A stretch of 64,000 nt of DNA. Origin: Octopus vulgaris (lineage: Eukaryota). Of the stretch, positions 55,251 through 64,000 are shown piece after piece. Position numbers and translations under genes: made by a program. Where the stretch lies: positions 112,406,001-112,470,000 of the forward strand of contig OX597823.1 of the NCBI GenBank assembly GCA_951406725.2. Direction: 5' to 3'. The notes under the pieces were generated by a model. That model was not told where the DNA came from. It did not search any database and worked only from the letters and a program-made list of their open reading frames with translations. The stretch's first letter is position 1, and each line of letters begins with the position of its first letter.

Positions 55251-55747
55251 AGCCTGGAGAGGAATGGGCTCTGCCAGGCTTTCTTGCCTCAGATATGCTG
55301 CATGACTGCAGTACCCCCAGCAACTCCCCAAGGAGTGAAGGGACTTGTCTTGTCAATCTGAAATCGATTTCTTTCTAACTCGCCCCCCCCCCCATGGTAA
55401 TCTGTAAGTGGTGTCAAGTTACCTGGTAGTAAACTGAATGAAGGTGGAGTGGAGTATAATCCAACTGCACAACAGTGACATAATTTGATGGTATGGCTGT
55501 TTGTTGTGCTACATACGCATGTGATCCCTACTGTTTTTGCCATATAAAATGATCACATAAAAGATGGGCTACACTGAGTTTGTTTAAAAGGAAGAGGTTA
55601 AGATTGTGATAAGGTAATAAAAGAAATATTTACTGAGCAAGTAAAGACTATCAGAATATAGGATGCAAAGGAAAATAAACTTAATTTATTAGAAAAACTA
55701 TGCATATTGGAGAGCAAATGTGTAAATATTTAGCAACAATTTATAGG

Positions 55748-55920
55748 TGCAGGAGTGGCTGTGTGGTAAATAGCTTGCTTACCAACCACATGATTCCATG
55801 TTCAGTCCTACTGTGTGGTACCTTGGGCAAGTGTCTTCTACTTTAGCCTTGGGCCAACCAAAACCTTGTGAGTGGATTTGGTAGACGGAAACTGAAAGAA
55901 GCCTGTCGGGTATATATGTG

Positions 55921-55989
<69 letters not shown>

Positions 55990-56185
55990 ATACGTTTGTG
56001 TGTCTGTGTTTGTCTTCCTAACATCGCTTGACAACTGATGCTGGTGTGTAGCAGTTTGGCAAAAGAGACCAATAGAATAAGTACTAGTCTTACAAAAAAT
56101 AAGTCCTGGGAGTCAATTTGCTTGACTAAAGGCGGTGCTCCAGCTTGGCCACAGTCAAATGACTGAAACAAGTAAAAGAATAAAA
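55748..56185 (+). mobile_element. SINE family B
   Basis: Collinear copy with a short internal deletion. Confidence 0.88.
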
Positions 56186-56632
56186 GAAAAGAACAAGCAG
56201 AAAACTGCCAAGGGGGTGGTCTTTCTGCTAGAAACAACAGCAACAACAATGAATATAATTTATACTATACAAAACATGCTGCGTAATAATTAGTTGGAAT
56301 TATGTAACTTTTATTTAAAATATGCAATTATAAGTCACCAATTTCTAGAAAATTCTTATAAATTACAATTTCAATATATCTTTTATTAAAATGTAGATTC
56401 ATATCCAGGATCTCATACTGCCAGTCTTGTGTTTATTTTTTACCCATATAATGGGGAACAAACATATATTCAGAGCTATGTCTGACAAATTCAACCTATT
56501 TTGATTGTGTCTTCAGTTTTAAAAGAATATAGTGCTATAAATATTTACCTTTTCCAAGTGAGAGAATTTCTCATATGTCCTGGAAAGCCAGTTGTCTTAT
56601 TAAACATGAGAGAAGAACACTTTCATCATTGT

Positions 56633-57065
56633 ACTCTTTACTCTTTTACTTGTTTCAGTCATTTGACTGTGGCCATGCTGGAGCACCGCCTTTAGTCGAG
56701 CAAATCAACCTCAGAACTTATTTTTTGTAATTCTAGTACTTATTCTATCAGTCTCTTTTGCCGAACCGCTAAGTTACAGAGACATAAACACACCAGCATC
56801 GGTTGTCAAGCAATGTTGGGGGGACAAACACAGGCACACAAACATATACACACACACATACATATATACACATACATATATACACATATATATATATACA
56901 GATATACGACGGGGTTCTTTCAGTTTCCGTCTACCAAATCCACTCACAAGGCTTTGGTCAGCCCAAGGCTATAGTACAAGACACTTGCCCAAAGTGTCAC
57001 GCAGTGGGACTGAACCCGAAACCATGTGATTGGTAAGCCAGCTACTTACCACACAGCCATTCCTA
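56633..57065 (-). mobile_element. SINE family B
   Basis: Full-length reverse copy. Confidence 0.88.
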
Positions 57066-57784
57066 TGCCTCTGTACTGACAGAGATATATAATCTTTTCT
57101 CTTTACTACAAGAGATAATCCTGTCCTGGATTAGCACCTGATGTAAAATAATGCTGTTCAGTTTTACAAGTTTATCATCGTCTGTGTCTTTTTTCTTTTA
57201 ATCTTGTAACTGTGATAGATCTAAAAACTTCATCAGTTCATTTTGTATTGAAGGAAAGTTAGTCACTACACAACCACTATGTGAATAGGTCACAGTATTT
57301 GAAATCACATAAGTCATTATTATTATCATTGTTGTTATTACTCTTTTTCTCTTCCAAATGAGTTATTTGAGTATTTGGGATGTTTTTCTTCCAATAATTG
57401 TTCACTGAAGCTTTCATTTTCTTCATCCACTTATACATATAGTTGTGTGTTGTGTTTTCATTTTGTATAGGTTTTTTGCTTTCATTGAAGTGTTTAGACT
57501 TGTCACATAATTGTGCAGAATAGTCATTTTGGATGCAAAAATGTAATGAGAGCAAATAAAATTTTAAAGTTTGGGAAACAAGTCTCTGTTTTCTTTATGT
57601 TATCTACTCACTTCGTACCAACAAAGCTCTTCTTTAACCAACAGCAATTATGGTTCGTTTTATAAGCATTCCAAGGAAAAATTCATTTGGTAATACTTAG
57701 TACTTAGCTGTATCATGTTTCAAAGACACCTTCACACTGCAAGAATCAATAATAATAATAATAATAATTACTATTATTATTATT

Positions 57785-58258
57785 TCAAATTTTTGCCACA
57801 AGGGAAGCTTAATAGAGGTGGGGATGAGTCGATTACATCGACCCCAGTTTTCAGCTGGTATTATTTTACTGACCTCAAAAGGATGAAATGTAAAGTTGAC
57901 ATTGGCAGAGTTTGAACTCAGAACATAGTGACAAGCAAAACACCGCTAAGAATTTTGTCTGGTGCGCTAATGATTTTGTCAGCCGACTGCTGGCATAATT
58001 ATCACCTACAGCAGGATTAATAGGAAAGAGGTAAGACGAAATAATAACAATAGCGTTGATGCTTTCAAATTTTGGCACAAGGCCAGCAATTTCGGGGAAG
58101 GTTAAGTCAATTACATCTACCCTGGTGCTCAACTTATTTTATTGACCCCAAAAGATAAAGGATAAAGTCAACCTCTGCAGAATTTGAACTCAGAATAGGA
58201 AGACAGACAAAATACTGTTAAGCATTTTGCCTCAGGTGCTAATGACTCTGCCAGCTTA
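57785..58258 (-). mobile_element. Two diverged SINE-A copies
   Basis: AAGGATGAAA..GAACTCAGAA reverse motifs seen twice. Confidence 0.72.
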
Positions 58259-58294
58259 TCTTAGTAATAATAATGATGATCATGATGATGATGA

Positions 58295-58885
58295 TGATGA
58301 TGATTGCTCTGATGCAGTACTGGGCAGTAGTAAATGCCTTGATGCTGTTTCAGGTAGTGGTTCTCATGGCTTCTGATCTTAACTGATTGGAAGCATTACC
58401 ATGTTGAAGTTTTGTCTTCATGTAAAAGATGGTCTACAGCAAATACTCTGCTCTATTACCACAGATTTGCTTGTCAGTTGTTTGAGCATGTCACTTGGTG
58501 GCTGATGATACGTGTAACTTTCACCATGAGCAGAAGTAGTGGGGCAGCATCATGGCCATGTGTTGTTGGGAGGAATTCTTTGGAGTTTGAATAATTCCCT
58601 CCTAGAAACATGGGTTTTTTTGTTCAATATCCTCAAACAACCCTTATTCAGGGACCTTTTGAGTGGGATGGGCTAATCAACCCAAAGAAAATTCTAACTG
58701 GACCCCACCTGCAAGGCCATGTGCTATTTATCTTGATGCGAGATCACCATGTTGCGCACATGTGGTTATGATGCATGTGCCTGGTGGACCCTTATCAGGT
58801 GGGTAATCAGGATGAGTATACTGGGCTTTGTATTTTTTAACCCAGTGTCACTTCGATGACATGCACTGTTCTCTTCATAATAATA
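58295..58885 (+). mobile_element. Unclassified retroposon 3' region with (TAA)n tail
   Basis: 3' end matches the reverse of 27840-27960. Confidence 0.6.
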
Positions 58886-58887
58886 TG

Positions 58888-59117
58888 TTTCTTTATTACC
58901 CAGAAGGGGCTAAACATAGAGGGGACAAACAAGGACAGACAAACGAATTAAGTTGATTACATCGACCCCAGTGCGTAACTGGTACTTAATTTAGCGATAC
59001 CGAAAGGATGAAAGGCAAAGTTGACCTCGGTGGAATTTGAACTCAGAACGTAATGGCAGACGAAATACGGCTACGCATTTCACCTGGCATGCTAACGGTT
59101 CTGCCAGCTCGCCGCCT
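58888..59117 (-). mobile_element. SINE family A
   Basis: Full-length reverse copy. Confidence 0.88.
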
Positions 59118-59258
59118 TTCTCTTAATAATAATGATAGAGCTAAAAGTGCAGTGAACACATAAATTCAAGAGTAACATAAAGACTAGGGTATTTTATATC
59201 TTTTAGAAGAAAATGATACAAATTAACAATCACAGTGACCAGGACCTTTGGAAATATG

Positions 59259-59890
59259 CTGTGCTTGAGAAGACCTGGCAAGCCAAGTGAGGCCATTACC
59301 TCGTGGCCTATGCCAGGGGTGTAACCAGTCCATTTATGCGTACCTTTTCTTCATTGGACACTAAACTCTGCTTGCGAAGACCTGTTGAGGCAAGTAAAAT
59401 CGAAATCAAAATCAAATTTGATTATGGGCATCTGTGCTAGTGGAGCGCTAAGAGCACCATCTGAGCGTGATTATTGCCAGAGCAGCAAACCGGCTTCCGT
59501 GCTGGTGGCACATAAAAAGCACCATTCGAGTGTGATTGTTACCGGCGTTACCTTACCACACTTGTGCCGGTGACATGGGAAAAATCATTCGAGTGAGGTC
59601 GTTGCCAGTGCCGTTGGACTTGCCCCTGTGCAGGTGGCACATAAGAAACACCATTTGAGCATGGTTGTTGCCAGTACCGCCTGACTCACCCTCATGCTGG
59701 TGGCACATAAAAAGCACCCACTACACTCTTGGAATGGTTGGCATTAGGAAGGGCATCCAGCTGTAGAAACTCTGCCAGATCAGATTGGAGCCTGGCGCAG
59801 CCATCTGGTTCACCAGTCCTCAGTCAAATCGTCCACCCATGCCAGCATGGAAAGCGGACATTAAACGATGATGATGATGATGATGATGAC
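59259..59890 (+). mobile_element. Family D, long copy
   Basis: Subrepeats plus GGACATTAAACGATGATG end. Confidence 0.85.
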
Positions 59891-60125
59891 CATCACAAGA
59901 TGACTCTCCCATACCTTATTACTGGTTGAGCACTGATGGTACAGAGTAAAAACAGGAAGATCCAGTCAGAATGCACTTCTGGGTGGATTATGGCACATCC
60001 ATGACACCATTCAATGTATGATTCTGGTACACCTTACCTTAATGGTAATAACAACAACACAATACGCCACAAAGACAGCAACAACAATAACAGCAACATA
60101 TGCAGCAATGACAATAACAACTAAT

Positions 60126-60127
<2 letters not shown>

Positions 60128-60164
<37 letters not shown>

Positions 60165-60610
60165 CAACAACAACAACAACAGTATCAATTCAATGGCAAG
60201 TTAAATAACAGCTACAGCAATATCTCAAGGAAATCCACTGACTGCAACGAAAGAAGCAACAACAACAGTAGTAGTAGTAGTAGTAGGTGGTGGTGGTGGT
60301 GGTAGTAGTAGTGGTGGTAGTGGTAGTGGTGGTTGTGGTAGTAGTAGTAGTAATGGTAGTGGTGGTGGTAGTAGTAGTGGTGGTAGTGGTAGTAGTAGTG
60401 GTGGTAGTGGTAGTGCTGGTGGTGGTAATAGTAGTAGTAGTGGTAGTGGTGGTGGTGGTAGTAGTAGTGGTGGTAGTGGTGGTAGTGGTGGTAGTAGTAG
60501 TGGTGGTGGTGGTGGTAGTAGTAGTAGTAGTGGTGGTGGTGGTGGTGGTGGTAGTAGTAGTGGTAGTAGTAGTAGTGGTGATGGTGGTGGTAGCAGTGGT
60601 AGCAGTGATA
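60128..60610. repeat. (CAG/CAA)n and (GGT/AGT)n trinucleotide arrays
   Basis: Directly visible. Confidence 0.95.
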
Positions 60611-61366
60611 ATATTTCAACAATAACAAATGACAGCAACAATAACAAGAATTGTAATAAAAACAACACAAAACAAAAGACACGAGAAGATACATATATAA
60701 AGAGATAGACAGATAGATAGATCGATGTGTGTGTACATATATATATATATATATATGTACATATATATGTATGTATGTATGTATGTGTTGTGTGTGTGTG
60801 AATTCCCTGTCTTGCTTACACACCAACACACACACTGACTTAAAGGTGAAAGAGAGATAGAAAACAAGAACTCATATCAATAAATAAATAAATAAATAAA
60901 GATATAAAACAAAAAAACAAGGCAACGAAACATTACTAAACAAATACAAAATATAACAAGAAAAATTTGCAGAAAATGAATATAAAACAATACAAAGTAA
61001 TATAAAATAATAAAAGAAGAAATCAACGTTCTGAGATATTTGTTATAAAGTGTAATAAAGCAATATGATATGGATGCTGGCTTATAATGAATGCTTATTT
61101 ATCACCCACCACCTCGGAAGATAGATAGGGAAGGTTTTGGCAGTGGAATTGCAGAGAATTGGTAAATTTTTATAGCAAATATCCTGCTTGCTCTTATTGT
61201 TTATTCTGCATTAACAAATTTGCTGACATTTGATGGAGGAATTTGGCCGAAAGTCACCAGAACTTTTGTCAAGATTTACTGGGCTTTCGTGACTGCGTGT
61301 TTATGTGAGCACGGATACGTGTGTGTATGTTTGTATATGTATGTGTTCGAGTATGGGTGCATGTGT

Positions 61367-61398
<32 letters not shown>

Positions 61399-61530
61399 CA
61401 TGTGTGCATGTATGCTTTTGTATGCATGTATCAAGTATGATACATGTGCATGTATGTACTGAAGAAAATGAATATACATATATAAGTGCGGATGTATTTG
61501 ACATACATACAAGTGTGCATAAATATATAC

Positions 61531-61637
<107 letters not shown>

Positions 61638-61649
61638 ATTATGGTTACA

Positions 61650-61950
61650 CAATGGCCCAGTGGGTTAGGACAGTGGACTCACGGTTGGATGATCGCGGTT
61701 TCAATTCCCAGACCGGGCGTTGTGTGTGTTTATTGAGCGAAAACATCTAAAGCTCCTTTAGGCTCCAGCAGGGGGTGCTGGCGATCCCTGTTGTACTCTT
61801 TTGCCACAACTTTCTCTCACTCTCTCTTCGTGTTTCTTGAGTAACGCTGCGATGGACTGGTGTCTCGTCCAGCTGGGGGGAACACATACGCCACAGAAAC
61901 TGGGAAACCGGGCCCATGAGCCTGGCTAGGTTTGAAAAGGGTGCTTAAAT
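61650..61950 (+). mobile_element. SINE family C, tail type 4
   Basis: Family C head and core, then GCGATGGACTGGTGTCTCGTCCAG tail. Confidence 0.8.
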
Positions 61951-61986
61951 AAACATATATATATATTACATATATATGTATAAGCA

Positions 61987-62240
61987 GAGGAGTGGCTGTG
62001 AGGTATGTAGCTTGCTTAACAACCACATGGTTCTGGGTTCAGTCCCACTGAGGAGCACCTAGTCTTCTACTATAGCCTTGTGAGTGGATTTGGTAGATGG
62101 AAGCTGAAAGAAGCCTATCATATATATATATATGTGAGTGTGTGTGTGTGTGTGTGTGTAGGCACAGGTATGGCTGTGTGATAAGAAGCTTGTAACCGAA
62201 CCACATGTTTATGGGTTCAGTCCTACAGTGTGGCACCTTC
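61987..62240 (+). mobile_element. SINE family B 5' fragments (two heads)
   Basis: Family B head motifs. Confidence 0.72.
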
Positions 62241-62749
62241 ATATAGTCTTTCGTATGCTCAAAAAGCTTCTCCGAAGCAGATGACTGCTGTTACCAGGTA
62301 ATGTAATCAATACTGAATGAAAGTTGCATACAAGCTTAGTAGCCAGAGAAAGAACAAGCTGAAAGAAAAATTTAAGAGTTCAGATTATACATAGCAGCTG
62401 GAAACTTTTAGTTATCCTTGAGTACTACAATGTATCTAGAGCCTGTGGAAAGGATAAAATTCACCCAGGTTATTTTAGAAATTGGTTGGTGATACTAAGA
62501 AAAGATAGCTAAAGAAATCAAGTTCGAACTGGAATACATGTGTGAGACGTTGACGCCACAGGACACACTGTAGAGTGGCTGTTATTGAGGGCTTTAACTT
62601 CAGATTAGGACTCACATTAATAATGGCTATTGTCCAGCACATGTCAGCTTGGAGAAACGGGTGCAAGAAGCGATGATGAGGTTGATGATTGTGATGATAA
62701 GCATATTAAGATGAGCATAGTCTCATTATATATGCCTGCATGCATGCGC

Positions 62750-62851
<102 letters not shown>

Positions 62852-62883
62852 CTATATATATATATATGCACATATATATATAT

Positions 62884-62973
<90 letters not shown>

Positions 62974-62974
62974 G

Positions 62975-63129
62975 TGACGGGCTTCTTTCAGTTTCCATCT
63001 ACCAAATCCATTAACAAGGGTTAGATCAGCTGAAGCTATAGTAGAAGACACTTGCCCAAGGTGCCATGCAATGGGACTGAACCCGGAACCACATGGTTGG
63101 GAAGCAAGCTTCTTATTACACAGTCACTC

Positions 63130-63131
<2 letters not shown>
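62975..63131 (-). mobile_element. SINE family B, 5' half
   Basis: Reverse of head and core. Confidence 0.8.
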
Positions 63132-63166
<35 letters not shown>

Positions 63167-63584
63167 TATATGCACACATATATATGAATATATGATTTGA
63201 ATATATACATATACATATATATATGAAAACAAATAAATATGTACACTCACAGATAAATAGTTGTATGTATATGTTTTTGTGACATGTATATTCGTGTGAA
63301 TGTGTGTATGACTTTGTGTCTATGTGTGTGTGTACATGAATTAGGTGGTGGGTCTGTGTTTGTAGTAAGTGTCCAATGTATGTGGTGGATCTTCTTCCCT
63401 TTTCTCACACTCCTCCCACAAACTGTTCGTTCAGTACAAGGAATGGTGGTGGGGGGGGGCCCATGTTGTCATTAAGCACATACCCTTAGGAGCTAAAGTT
63501 AAAGAATTCCCTAATATAATAATAGCAAATCAGCAACAATCACAACTTGAGCAATAAAAATGACTGGGACTACGTCAAAAGTTA

Positions 63585-63850
63585 TGGTGGTGGTGGTGGT
63601 GTTGGTGGTGGTGGTGGTGGTGGTGGTGGTGGTGGTGGTGGTGGTGGTGGTGGTTGTGGTTGTGGTGGTGGTGGGTTGTGATGGTGTTGGTGGTGGTGGT
63701 GGTGGTGGTGATGATGGTGGTGGTGGTGGTGGTGGTGTTGGTGGTGATGGTGGTGATTATGGTGGTGATTGTAATGGTGGTGGTTGTTGTGGTGGTGGTG
63801 GTTGTTGTGGTGGTGGTGGTGGTGGTGGTAGTGGTGGTAGTGGTGTTGGC
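63585..63850. repeat. (GGT)n array
   Basis: Directly visible. Confidence 0.95.
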
Positions 63851-64000
63851 GACGACGTCGATGGTAATGAGGAAGAAGAGGAAAAACGATGATGACAACA
63901 ATAGCAGCAAAGACAGATGAAGATGGACATCATCATCATCCTCTTCATGAGCACTGGTTTGTTAATGTTTAGTAGAAAACCTAATCAGCTGTGGGGTTGG

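Noticed and set aside
60018-60305. PolyQ-containing ORF
   Set aside because: Low-complexity CAG/CAA tract with no splice or domain support

Overview
Eukaryotic, AT-rich, microsatellite-dense DNA whose repeat content strongly suggests an Octopus genome (inferred, not database-checked). I found no intact long protein-coding gene; nearly all ORFs in the track are microsatellite translations. The window is dominated by four SINE-like families, decayed RLE-type (R4/Dong-like), CR1 and Penelope retroelements, a mariner relic, three non-autonomous Helitrons and a piggyBac-like MITE. Between the repeats sit short unique islands that open with plus-strand 3' splice sites and give short peptides ending in a stop, or symmetric cassettes with strong donors. 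These may be a dispersed array of alternative C-terminal or cassette exons of an unidentified plus-strand host gene; this is unproven. Other signals are minimal type-I hammerhead ribozyme motifs, a SINE head with four swappable tails, a SINE-derived array with dimeric higher-order structure, and several long fold-back structures that could be ADAR substrates. Repeat boundaries were read by eye and are approximate.
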